This document shows, piece by piece, positions 1 to 9,242 of a stretch of 64,000 nucleotides of DNA. The first letter of the stretch is position 1. Each line of letters begins with the position of its first letter. The stretch lies in the sequence record NC_042136.1. One strand, written 5' to 3'. The position numbers were made by a program, and so were the translations under genes. The notes beneath the pieces were generated by a model. That model made no database searches. It saw nothing but the letters and a program-made list of their open reading frames with translations, and was not told the origin of the DNA.

Positions 1-8
1 TATTTTTT

Positions 9-536
9 ATGTTTTTCTCTAAATTATTTTACCCACGTACCGTAGAAACTTTTGCTGGCAAACTTGAACTTCGCTTAGCCGAACTTGCTCGCACTAATAA
101 ACCGGGTTATTACGATAACTTATTTAGTATCCTTACGGAAGAATATAAGAAGTGGGTAGATTACCGTGTTAGTGGTAAATCGGATGAAGTACGACTTATT
201 AACGTTGGCATTCCGTTGAACAACCGCAGCCGAGAAGTTCTCTTTTTCCGTTTACCTGTCCCAGTGAATACTCGTTTAGATAGTTCTACTGATCGAACCG
301 ATCTTGCTTATTGTCGTGGTTTGAACGAACAAGCTCTAAAGAACGATGATCGTCGTCGTCCTACTAACACGAGTTATGCAGACACTCCACTGAGCGCGTC
401 TAAAATGAACTACACGTCGTTTTTCTACGCCCATGTTGGCTTTGCCTTGCTTCGACGCAATGGCGCGGTACAACGCACTGTGGATCAAGCTCGTTTATGG
501 GATTACTTAACCCCTAACTTTAAGAAGGTAAAATAA
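9..536 (+). CDS. hypothetical protein
   Basis: 175 aa ORF whose stop overlaps the next start (TAATG at 533-538); no recognisable motif. Confidence 0.7.
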   Translation: MFFSKLFYPRTVETFAGKLELRLAELARTNKPGYYDNLFSILTEEYKKWVDYRVSGKSDEVRLINVGIPLNNRSREVLFFRLPVPVNTRLDSSTDRTDLAYCRGLNEQALKNDDRRRPTNTSYADTPLSASKMNYTSFFYAHVGFALLRRNGAVQRTVDQARLWDYLTPNFKKVK

Positions 537-1507
537 TGGATCCTTTCATCTTTGATTTAGACGAATTAGTTACGGCTATTCGTTATCGTCTACAATGTAC
601 TTTAGGTGGTAAAACCACTGACCAAACTTCGGACATTATACGCGGTATTTATGAGTCATATCCCTTCACCAGTGATATGATTGATTTACCGGATATGTGT
701 ATTGGTTTAGACGATGCTTGGTTAGTGATTAAGTTCCCTAAGAACGAAGTAGAACTACGTTTGTTCAATAAAGAACCACAGGTCTACTTTACCGCACCTA
801 ACAACAACCTTGTTATTTGTTCAGGGGATTGCCCTATTGAGCCATTAGCTCCGACATGGGTGGTAACTAAATATATGTTCACTCGTCTATACCTTGGTCA
901 GAAACTCCCTGATCAACCATGGCAGGAACAATACGCTCGTTATCCATTCAAAGGGGTGTTGCGTTTCAATAGTGGTGAATTTGATCACCCTCAGACTTAC
1001 TACATGCTGCTACCGTCTGAAGAAGTACGTTACCGTGGCAATCAATCTTTGAAACCATACAACGTCATGTTCCCTAGTGTGAAACACGAACCGGACTTCA
1101 TGCAGATCGCTAAACTAGAAGCCTACCGCTTAGCAGAACTGTTGAATGACGCTGAGACGTCCGGAGAGGCTTATGAGACGTTCGTTGACTGGTTTAATGC
1201 ACCACGTTACCCATTATACAAAACAACGCCTGAAGCACGTTTTGGGAACGTTACGGTTCAATACCCATTCGATCAACGTGTGTTGTACCGTATCCTTGCG
1301 CACCCAGATAAGTACTTCTTATCATCTATCGATTTTGAGAACCCTTTACCAAAGTCAATAGAAGCTGAGGAAATCCGAACACTGGATCCCAAGATAGTCA
1401 ACACGGTAAGAAAGATTAACGAACTGCGTTCGGAACTCGGTCTACCTAAACAACGCCCTGTGTGGGCTTCTAACGACACCATAGCTCGACTCGTTGATGA
1501 GGAATAA
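536..1507 (+). CDS. hypothetical protein
   Basis: 323 aa ORF translationally coupled to the upstream gene; AAGG RBS-like sequence upstream. Confidence 0.8.
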   Translation: MDPFIFDLDELVTAIRYRLQCTLGGKTTDQTSDIIRGIYESYPFTSDMIDLPDMCIGLDDAWLVIKFPKNEVELRLFNKEPQVYFTAPNNNLVICSGDCPIEPLAPTWVVTKYMFTRLYLGQKLPDQPWQEQYARYPFKGVLRFNSGEFDHPQTYYMLLPSEEVRYRGNQSLKPYNVMFPSVKHEPDFMQIAKLEAYRLAELLNDAETSGEAYETFVDWFNAPRYPLYKTTPEARFGNVTVQYPFDQRVLYRILAHPDKYFLSSIDFENPLPKSIEAEEIRTLDPKIVNTVRKINELRSELGLPKQRPVWASNDTIARLVDEE

Positions 1508-1510
1508 AGA

Positions 1511-2275
1511 ATGTCAAAATCATTGAAAGTAGAACCTACGGTCCAAGATAAAGTTTTAAAGGAGCTCCAGTCTTACGCAACTAAGATCAAAACGATTCGT
1601 CTTAATGCTGAGCAAGAAATGGCCGAATGGTTAAATGGATTAACACCAAAGGAATTCAGTTATCTTCCTGAGTCTGTGGGTTGGGAGGTATTAGGTGGTC
1701 GCCGTACAATACTGCTCCCTACCACCAAAGCCCAATTAGAGTGGGTTAATGATTTTGGGTTGATTGCGGTTAAATCTAAGACTCAGCAAGAACTCGATTT
1801 AGAAGAGTTATTGAAACTCCACGTTTTAGAATCCTACGTCATTCACGGATCAATGCAAACCAAAACCCGCATGGCGATTGTTGCTTGGTCTAAAGGTGAT
1901 TACCCGTACATCTTCGAAGCGGTACGTGGTAAAGAGCGAATGACCGTATCGATCATATCTCCGGAAGTCTTAGACCTAGATGCAGAGGAGTTTAATAAAC
2001 TCTACGTTAATTTCGCTCCTGTCGAGTCTGAACCTTATGACCGTAAAGAGCTCGATGAGCGTTACGAGGAAGGTCCTACTAATTCAACGGACGAGATGTT
2101 CGAAGAAGTCTCTAACGCTGTTCAGGAAGCCGCACGCGAACAAATAGAACCGGTTATGGGTGAACGTTGTCAATTAGCGACAATGGACAATGGTCGCTAC
2201 GGTGTTGAGCTGTTTCGAGAGTTCCCTGACCGTGAAGCCGCGGTTGCGTTTATGAAAGCCCAATTAGAACTATAA
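1511..2275 (+). CDS. hypothetical protein (acidic)
   Basis: 254 aa ORF starting 3 nt after the previous stop; GAGGA RBS; followed by a terminator hairpin. Confidence 0.8.
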   Translation: MSKSLKVEPTVQDKVLKELQSYATKIKTIRLNAEQEMAEWLNGLTPKEFSYLPESVGWEVLGGRRTILLPTTKAQLEWVNDFGLIAVKSKTQQELDLEELLKLHVLESYVIHGSMQTKTRMAIVAWSKGDYPYIFEAVRGKERMTVSIISPEVLDLDAEEFNKLYVNFAPVESEPYDRKELDERYEEGPTNSTDEMFEEVSNAVQEAAREQIEPVMGERCQLATMDNGRYGVELFREFPDREAAVAFMKAQLEL

Positions 2276-2281
2276 GTTAAT

Positions 2282-2334
2282 CTTACCATCCTCCCCTAAG
2301 CGGGAGGATGGTAAGTATCTCTGCTTTATTTTTT
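2282..2334 (+). terminator. intrinsic terminator-like hairpin
   Basis: perfect 14-bp stem CTTACCATCCTCCC/GGGAGGATGGTAAG (2282-2315), then TTTATTTTTT at 2325-2334. Confidence 0.8.
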
Positions 2335-2355
2335 AACATACAGTTTATTTCAGAT

Positions 2356-2383
2356 CTATATAGTCTAGGTGTATAAGTATACA
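2356..2383 (+). promoter_or_regulatory. putative early (virion RNAP) promoter, degenerate copy, with overlapping hairpin
   Basis: CTATATAGT-CTAG-GTGTA resembles five other intergenic copies and the phiKZ early TATATTAC consensus; TGTAT-aagt-ATACA hairpin at 2370-2383. Confidence 0.55.
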
Positions 2384-2420
2384 AGTATTTAATCTACCAA
2401 CTTTTATTAAGGATACTATT

Positions 2421-2867
2421 ATGTCAAACGAAGCTATGAACAAAATCCCAGCTAAATTACCACAAGAGCTACGCAACCTTATGAATGAAGACCAACTTAA
2501 AACCATGGATGAACTCGATGCTGAAATTGAAAAAGCTCGTGAGACTCTAAACAATGAACGTAAAGGCTACAACTCTGCTACTCTACTAGGCGGTCTAGTT
2601 GGTGCAGCTGGTGTTGCTATTACAACTCGCAGCATCGAAGCAGCGGTAACAGGTACCGTAGCCGCAGTAGCTGCTTCTTACCTAACTTCAGAAACCAACC
2701 GCGAAATCCAAACACTAAAAGACACTGGTATTGGTCTAGCGTCTGGTGCTACTGGCGCAGGTCTAGGTTTCCTAGGTTCTAAACTTCTTACTCACTTACT
2801 AGACGGTACTGGTGAGACTGAAACAACTGACGTTCCAGTAACCACTACTGTTACTGAAGAACAATAA
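2421..2867 (+). CDS. glycine-zipper membrane protein, paralog 1
   Basis: acidic/coiled N-terminus then Gly/Ala-rich hydrophobic segments (LLGGLVGAAGVA; GIGLASGATGAGLGFLG); AAGGA RBS. Confidence 0.75.
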   Translation: MSNEAMNKIPAKLPQELRNLMNEDQLKTMDELDAEIEKARETLNNERKGYNSATLLGGLVGAAGVAITTRSIEAAVTGTVAAVAASYLTSETNREIQTLKDTGIGLASGATGAGLGFLGSKLLTHLLDGTGETETTDVPVTTTVTEEQ

Positions 2868-2908
2868 TTAAATCCCTTTAACATCCCCACAACAGAGAGA
2901 TATTCATC

Positions 2909-3391
2909 ATGTCAAACAAAGCAAACAACAACCAAGAAATCGAACGTGTAGAAGCAGCAGTAATGGGTGAAAACACTCAATCATCAGAAGTCGTTTACTC
3001 AACTGAACTCGCCGACGAGAACGGTGGACCTACTGAAGCTGAACTTAACGATTTCCAAGAGAAACTTAAAGAAGCTGTAGAAACACAAGAAGCAAACGCT
3101 AAGGAAGCAAAAGAAACCGTGGAAGCTCTACGTGTTCGTGTAAACCTTAATCGTGTAGCGGGTGGTCTAGTAGGAACTTTAGCATCCGCTTTAGTAACAC
3201 GCAACTACAGTGCAGTTGCTAGTGGCGTATGCGCAACCATCGCAGTAAGTGCTTCGATGGACAATGGACCTAGTGAAGAAGGTGCGTTATACAACACCGG
3301 TGTAGGATTCGCAGCTGGATTCACAACAGGTCTATTAGGTGGTACACTAACTAACTTCCTAACAGGTTCTGATGAATCTGAAGAAGCATAA
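2909..3391 (+). CDS. glycine-zipper membrane protein, paralog 2
   Basis: same layout as the upstream ORF (VAGGLVGTLA; TGVGFAAGFTTGLLGG). Confidence 0.75.
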   Translation: MSNKANNNQEIERVEAAVMGENTQSSEVVYSTELADENGGPTEAELNDFQEKLKEAVETQEANAKEAKETVEALRVRVNLNRVAGGLVGTLASALVTRNYSAVASGVCATIAVSASMDNGPSEEGALYNTGVGFAAGFTTGLLGGTLTNFLTGSDESEEA

Positions 3392-3406
3392 AAGTTGGGT
3401 GGGGAT

Positions 3407-3451
3407 GTTATGGGTCTACGGACTCATAACTCCATCCTCTTTATTTTTTTT
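3407..3451 (+). terminator. intrinsic terminator
   Basis: GTTATGGGTC-tacg-GACTCATAAC stem (one G-U pair) followed by TTTATTTTTTTT. Confidence 0.75.
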
Positions 3452-3471
3452 GTTTAAATCAAGGTTATGAC

Positions 3472-3834
3472 ATGTGTGACGTTTTAAATCATTCAGTTCC
3501 TTTTTTATCACTAGCGTTAGATCTAAGTGAGTTGGATGACTTCAAAGCTAAGCTGCAACAGATCCACGATATGGAGAACCTTCCTTTGGACATCCCGGAC
3601 GATGTAGGTGAACTTTGTAAACACATACTGTACGGGAAACAATGGTACCGAGGTGACTCGGAACTCCCAACCTTAGTGAGTGTCGTGTTCTGGTCTTGGT
3701 TATCGATCGATGGAACCATTAAAGGTATACTAGATCGTGCTCGACGTTATTTCTATTTGTTAGGGGAACTTAACTTTAAGTTCTTTGAACATCTTAATGT
3801 GTTGTACCACGACTATAACAAACACAAACAATAA
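3472..3834 (+). CDS. hypothetical protein
   Basis: 120 aa ORF with AAGG RBS, lying between two terminators. Confidence 0.7.
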   Translation: MCDVLNHSVPFLSLALDLSELDDFKAKLQQIHDMENLPLDIPDDVGELCKHILYGKQWYRGDSELPTLVSVVFWSWLSIDGTIKGILDRARRYFYLLGELNFKFFEHLNVLYHDYNKHKQ

Positions 3835-3836
3835 TA

Positions 3837-3888
3837 CTTACCTACCGCCCTAGTGGACGGTAGGTAAGCTATGTTATTTATTTTTTTT
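3837..3888. terminator. terminator between convergent genes
   Basis: CTTACCTACCG/CGGTAGGTAAG stem (3837-3868), then TTTATTTTTTTT. Confidence 0.75.
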
Positions 3889-6766
3889 ATTCTAAATCAT
3901 CTTCTTCTTCTTCGGTTTCTTCCTCTTGCTCAGATTCTTCAGACTCACCGTCTTTTTCTTCTTCGCTAGGTTCTTCCTCAGATTCTTCAGATTCTTCAGA
4001 CTCACCTTCCGGTGTTTCTTCTTCGTTGAAGTCGTCCTCGAATTCAGGTTGTTCTTCTTCCGCAGGAGCGTCACCGATTGGATCCCCCTCACCATCAGGA
4101 TTGTCTTGGAACTCGTCTTCTAACTCCCCTTTCGGTTGTGGCATCATCTTGACCAGTTTCTCTGAACGCTTATCGAATTGTTTCTTGTATTCCACCATGA
4201 ACAACGACAAGTTTTCATTGAAGTAATCCAGATCATTAAGCAGTGAGTACATGCCACCTTCACGACCTTTGTTGATGATGTCATCGAATGGTGTAGGTAC
4301 GTTGAACAATTTAAAGGCACGGAAACGAATTACCGCAGCAAACTGTCTAGCGATTTCATCAGCGTCAATTTCTTCGACATCAACCCCAGCACGTTTCAGT
4401 AACGGTTCCATCAAGCCCTTCGTTGCTGACATCTCAATCACTTTCTCAGCCCAGTCTTCCGCTAATTCCATTTTCTCTTTAATCTTAGTTACAGACTCCA
4501 TAGTGGTAGGAGCTGGCAACATAACAAAGAAGTTCTGGATAAAGTCATTTAAGATAGTCATGACTTTAGTACGATCATCACCTTCAATAGTCGTTTTAGA
4601 ATCTGGAACCCAAAGGTTCTTAGGTGTATCCATGATGGTGTCGATCAAGAGGTTCATTACGACTTCGTTTACCATCAAGTTTTTACGGATACAATCAGTT
4701 AAGAAATCCCCGAGTTGAGATTGATACATGATCGTTTGGTTACGTAATGTTTCTTGTTCTGCTAACGCTTCTACTTGGAAGTTGTTACCGTTCTCATCTC
4801 GTTCGTCCAGCCAGCTACGCGGTAAACCAAAGAAGTTAGCGATAGAACTTAACAAGTATTGACGAGAATCATCATCCACTCGACGGAAGTTAGTGCGATC
4901 CATTTGGTTCAACTGCATTTGAGGTGCGGTGATGAATTTGTTATCACCAGCTTCCACACGTACTAACAGTGACTGTTCTTTCAACGCATCTACAATCATC
5001 GGCATAGATAACGTCCCAGTGGAGATCAAGTTGTGGACGGTAGGGTTCGATTTAAAGAACTCATAACGAGCCATACTGATGGTAGAGTCTGGATCCGTAT
5101 CTTGGGACTCTAACGCTACCACTAACTCATTACGAGTTTGAGCGTTATCGAGCTGAGCTAGAGCATCCGCAATATCCAATGCCGCCAGACGAGCGATGAA
5201 GTCTTTGGCTTGAGTAGTTAGAGACTCACCGATACCTAAACGGTTATGTTGGAACGCCATGTACGTGAAGTAACATTCTGGAATGTACAACACCCGAGTA
5301 CGTTGTTGTTGGAATGCACGTTCTAGGAACAGTTTCAGTACCGATTCTTCTAGATCGATAGAGATATCTTCTCCATCACCACCAGAATAAATAGACTGAT
5401 ACAATTCTTTCTCAATCTGAGTTTTCGCCAACATTGCGAATTCAGACATGTCGAAGTCACACTCACCACCTTGTTGAACTTTACGTAGATTAGAAATCAA
5501 CATGTTGGTAGTCGTACCACCCGGCTTCTCATCGATCTTGCTGTTTTGTTTAGACAGCGACTGATAGAACTGGTAGTCCTTAGACATTTTCAAGAACTCA
5601 CCGTTATCATCGATCAACGCATAAGCTCCGCGTAGACGTTTAACGTCACCGTGAACGTGAATAGGGATGAAACACTCACTAGGAGGATGATAACCCAACG
5701 GAGTACCCCAAGGTGCTTGAGTGTAAACATTAGGCTTACGAATCGACTGAGTGTGTTTCGTAGCAAAGTTACGAGCACCCGGCATGATTTGTTGTAACGC
5801 TTCTTGTTGAGCTAAGTTCAAGTTCTTGGTTTTAGCACCCGGGTTAGGTTGTTTCTTCCCTTTCTTAAGATCCGCGTTATCTTTGGAATCCAATACATCA
5901 CTTTTCTCGAATCGGTTAGAAATGTAATTCTTTAACGACTCGTTACCTTGGATACGCTCCATGTTAACTTTTAGACGCTGGGTGACGTTACGCATCGCCA
6001 AACAACTCACGTTATCCGTTACCGTGATTCCAAAAGATTTGTCAATGATAGGAAACTCGTAGTTATCTTCGTCCCCTGCACCCCAAATCGATTCCATACC
6101 ACCAACTTTAGAAGCATTAGGATTACGAACAAACCCAACGTTCTTAGCCAGCAATTGTTTGGTTTCTTGATCTTCTTTGAATTCTTTGCGAATACCAGCA
6201 TCTACTTCTTTACGGTAAGTCTCTGCACTAAAAGCTTCATTACCTTCAACTAACTGGTTGCCGTTAATCAGGTTATCCAAAGCAGGACGAGTAATGTTTA
6301 GCTTAACGTAACTACCACTACCCACCAAAAGGTCTCTAACGATGTCAGGGAGTTCCTGCTCGATTTTATAGTCGTTAGTGTAGTATTCACTTAAGATCTT
6401 TAAAAGACTTTCGTGCATTTTGGTGTTTTTGAATTTAGACGAATTCGAATCGTACTCTAAGACATTTTTTCTAGCACCGTTAGGGTGTAAGATTAACGTC
6501 TTCCAAATGATCTCCGCTTTACTAATGTACGGTGTGATTTTCTTTAAGTCTACCGTCGCATTAATTGAGTTAGCGATTATATCGCCTAAGCTTTTGAGCT
6601 TACGGTTCTGAATACGGCGAAGTTGTTCGTCTTCGTCCCCTCTACCAGCGGGACGTTCTTCTTCAACTCGTACATTCAAAATAGCTTCTACTGACTTAGG
6701 TATTTTCTTCACGTTCTTCCGCAACTCGGTGCGGTCGACACGTGTGTTACCTCTGTTTCCTGACAT
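3887..6766 (-). CDS. putative portal protein (phiKZ-like), with long Glu/Asp-rich C-terminal tail
   Basis: 959 aa; the size, acidic C-terminus and head-to-head position opposite conserved virion genes and ruvC match the phiKZ-like portal locus as I recall it; no search run. Confidence 0.7.
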   Translation of the reverse strand: MSGNRGNTRVDRTELRKNVKKIPKSVEAILNVRVEEERPAGRGDEDEQLRRIQNRKLKSLGDIIANSINATVDLKKITPYISKAEIIWKTLILHPNGARKNVLEYDSNSSKFKNTKMHESLLKILSEYYTNDYKIEQELPDIVRDLLVGSGSYVKLNITRPALDNLINGNQLVEGNEAFSAETYRKEVDAGIRKEFKEDQETKQLLAKNVGFVRNPNASKVGGMESIWGAGDEDNYEFPIIDKSFGITVTDNVSCLAMRNVTQRLKVNMERIQGNESLKNYISNRFEKSDVLDSKDNADLKKGKKQPNPGAKTKNLNLAQQEALQQIMPGARNFATKHTQSIRKPNVYTQAPWGTPLGYHPPSECFIPIHVHGDVKRLRGAYALIDDNGEFLKMSKDYQFYQSLSKQNSKIDEKPGGTTTNMLISNLRKVQQGGECDFDMSEFAMLAKTQIEKELYQSIYSGGDGEDISIDLEESVLKLFLERAFQQQRTRVLYIPECYFTYMAFQHNRLGIGESLTTQAKDFIARLAALDIADALAQLDNAQTRNELVVALESQDTDPDSTISMARYEFFKSNPTVHNLISTGTLSMPMIVDALKEQSLLVRVEAGDNKFITAPQMQLNQMDRTNFRRVDDDSRQYLLSSIANFFGLPRSWLDERDENGNNFQVEALAEQETLRNQTIMYQSQLGDFLTDCIRKNLMVNEVVMNLLIDTIMDTPKNLWVPDSKTTIEGDDRTKVMTILNDFIQNFFVMLPAPTTMESVTKIKEKMELAEDWAEKVIEMSATKGLMEPLLKRAGVDVEEIDADEIARQFAAVIRFRAFKLFNVPTPFDDIINKGREGGMYSLLNDLDYFNENLSLFMVEYKKQFDKRSEKLVKMMPQPKGELEDEFQDNPDGEGDPIGDAPAEEEQPEFEDDFNEEETPEGESEESEESEEEPSEEEKDGESEESEQEEETEEEEDDLE

Positions 6767-6786
6767 AACACCCTCTTGGATAAATT

Positions 6787-8895
6787 ATGGAAAATATTGA
6801 ATTTAACGCCCACGTGGAGAGCGTATTCAGTCTGGTGCGAACACTTGTTATTAAATGTGAAGCCATTGGTGACACGGATAACAAGTTATTAGCAGACGCG
6901 GGTTATCCGGTATCTGAAGATAAACGCCAGTGGCGTTATTATCTCAATATGACCGGTGAGTACCACGCGACAGACACCCCGATGTACGTTACCTCTATCG
7001 ATAACGGTGAATTGATATTGTTCAACAAAAAGAACTTAGACATACACTTGGCTACACGCCGGGCGTATCAACCGGGTTCTTATTGGTACAAACAACTATC
7101 AGAACAACATCCGGGTCAAATCGACTTAATCAACGGGATTATGGATCCCATCGATATGGAATACGCCATTGGAGCCGAAGACTATAAGATCCTTCGTTAC
7201 AACAAAGATCTCATAGAAGACAACGAGGACCAGTTAATCCCTAGCTTACAACGCTGGATTAATGCGTACACTCAACGTCACTTCGAATCCGATTACATCC
7301 ATACCGAAAACTTACAACTCCCTATTGATCTAGCCACGTTATATGGCTTAATGATTCCCCTTATATTGATCATACGGTTAGAAGCCTTCGGAACTCGTAA
7401 TGTTTCAGATTACCATATTTGGAATCGATTGAACTCTTACGGGGATTTCCGTGTCTATCGTAACGGGATTTCAGATCAACAAAAAATGTGGTTGTATCGT
7501 AACATCGAATACATCACCAACAACCTAGGTAAAAATTTCACCCTAGAACAACTCATCGAAAACTTATTGACACCAGAGTCCATTCCTATTTTCCACTACC
7601 GTACTTTGATTAATACGGAAGAAATGGAGAACGCGGGTCAACCTACTGGTTTGTTCATCAAAGAACGTTTGAACTTTAAAGAACTCGATTACGATACCGG
7701 TGAACGATTTACCAACCGTCAGATCATCAACTTAGAAAAACGTATGGCACGAGATAACGATTTGCTAGCGGATTACTATGAAGAGATCACGACTCCGGAT
7801 TCTAAAGAGTCCACGCACAATAATCTTTCTACGAAGATCTTAGACTCTACCATGGAAGATTACACCAACCGTCACGCTGACACGCTCATGAAGACGTTGT
7901 ATCACGAATGGATATACATGAGTAAGCATGGTCTCTATGACGCCGTGGTGGACTTCATAGACCCGTTAAACGGGAACCACATTCGTTTGAATACTCGAGA
8001 CGCGTTGATCTACTGGCAGCTACTAACCCGTAAGCTGCGGGATGAACCTTTGGAAGCCATTGACCCGTTTTGGTTCCAAGACGTCATGACTAAGAAACTC
8101 CGTTCACATGAAGTCTTCCAAGAAGCAGGTCCGACAGACATCCTTCACCACGAAACCGTAGTGGGAATACGCAAACAGTGGCAACCTACCTTAAAGGTTA
8201 TTTCTCCAGATAAATTCTTCGAGCAATCTTTTGGTATTCACCAAGCTAAATGGCGAGCTAAGAAGATTTACTCTCAGTTTGATGAATTGCACGAACACGC
8301 TTATACCAAAGAGTGTGTGCGCCGTTTGTACGATCACGGACTTTACTGGTTGCACGATCCTGAACAATTCCCTACGGTCGATGCTTGGTTAGAATCACAA
8401 GAACTCAACCTCCATAAATACGGGGAAACGGAACTGATCGAACTGAGCTGGGATATTTTCTCCAAAGCTACCGGTTGGGACGTTAAGGGAATAGTGTCAC
8501 TTCGTCAAATCCAAAGTAATCTAGTTTCTTTAATGTCGGAATTAAGTTCTTACACCATCCAGTTTATCAAAGATATTGATGATGGTAACGAGACCGCAGA
8601 AAACACTGACGTTGTTCATCTAGGATTAACCAAAGGCAATAAGGTTAGTAACAGTGGTGACTATTTATTAACTCCATCTCTACCGGTGTTAATAAAGGCT
8701 AGACCGGAACCCGCTTTAGTCACTTCCGTAAAAGCTGAGGATGTACGCAACCATTTAGAAACGCTAGAGTTCCATATGGCGGGTACGGTGAAAGGTGACG
8801 TAGACATTAAACTTAACGAAGTTGTTGCTGATCGAGCAAGTACGATTCGCATTCCTATTACCGTAGGAGTAAGAGAAGCAACGTGGGCTTATTAA
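6787..8895 (+). CDS. virion structural protein (phiKZ-like, probable baseplate component)
   Basis: 702 aa, divergent from the portal; N-terminal region (WRYYLNMTGEYH...YQPGSYWY) resembles a conserved phiKZ-like virion family. Confidence 0.6.
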   Translation: MENIEFNAHVESVFSLVRTLVIKCEAIGDTDNKLLADAGYPVSEDKRQWRYYLNMTGEYHATDTPMYVTSIDNGELILFNKKNLDIHLATRRAYQPGSYWYKQLSEQHPGQIDLINGIMDPIDMEYAIGAEDYKILRYNKDLIEDNEDQLIPSLQRWINAYTQRHFESDYIHTENLQLPIDLATLYGLMIPLILIIRLEAFGTRNVSDYHIWNRLNSYGDFRVYRNGISDQQKMWLYRNIEYITNNLGKNFTLEQLIENLLTPESIPIFHYRTLINTEEMENAGQPTGLFIKERLNFKELDYDTGERFTNRQIINLEKRMARDNDLLADYYEEITTPDSKESTHNNLSTKILDSTMEDYTNRHADTLMKTLYHEWIYMSKHGLYDAVVDFIDPLNGNHIRLNTRDALIYWQLLTRKLRDEPLEAIDPFWFQDVMTKKLRSHEVFQEAGPTDILHHETVVGIRKQWQPTLKVISPDKFFEQSFGIHQAKWRAKKIYSQFDELHEHAYTKECVRRLYDHGLYWLHDPEQFPTVDAWLESQELNLHKYGETELIELSWDIFSKATGWDVKGIVSLRQIQSNLVSLMSELSSYTIQFIKDIDDGNETAENTDVVHLGLTKGNKVSNSGDYLLTPSLPVLIKARPEPALVTSVKAEDVRNHLETLEFHMAGTVKGDVDIKLNEVVADRASTIRIPITVGVREATWAY

Positions 8896-9224
8896 TACTC
8901 ATATCACAATGGTATGGTTAACTCATTTATTAGAACAGCAAGTACGATTNAGCAAGTACGATTATCTCTACCGGTGTTAATAAAGGCTAGACCGGAACCC
9001 GCTTTAGTCACTTCCGTAAAAGCTGAGGATGTACGCAACCATTTAGAAACGCTAGAGTTCCATATGGCGGGTACGGTGAAAGGTGACGTAGACATTAAAC
9101 TTAACGAAGTTGTTGCTGATCGAGCAAGTACGATTCGCATTCCTATTACCGTAGGAGTAAGAGAAGCAACGTGGGCTTATTAATACTCATATCACAATGG
9201 TATGGTTAACTCATTTATTAGAAC
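8676..9224. repeat. exact 261-bp tandem duplication flanking an N (probable assembly artefact)
   Basis: 8676-8936 equals 8964-9224; the 27-nt junction is AGCAAGTACGATT-N-AGCAAGTACGATT, and that 13-mer is copied from inside the unit (8835-8847). Confidence 0.9.
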
Positions 9225-9242
9225 GTAAAGGATTCCTTTAAC

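Noticed and set aside
8914-9183. 89-aa ORF identical to the C-terminus of the 702-aa protein
   Set aside because: It contains the N and arises only from the probable assembly duplication
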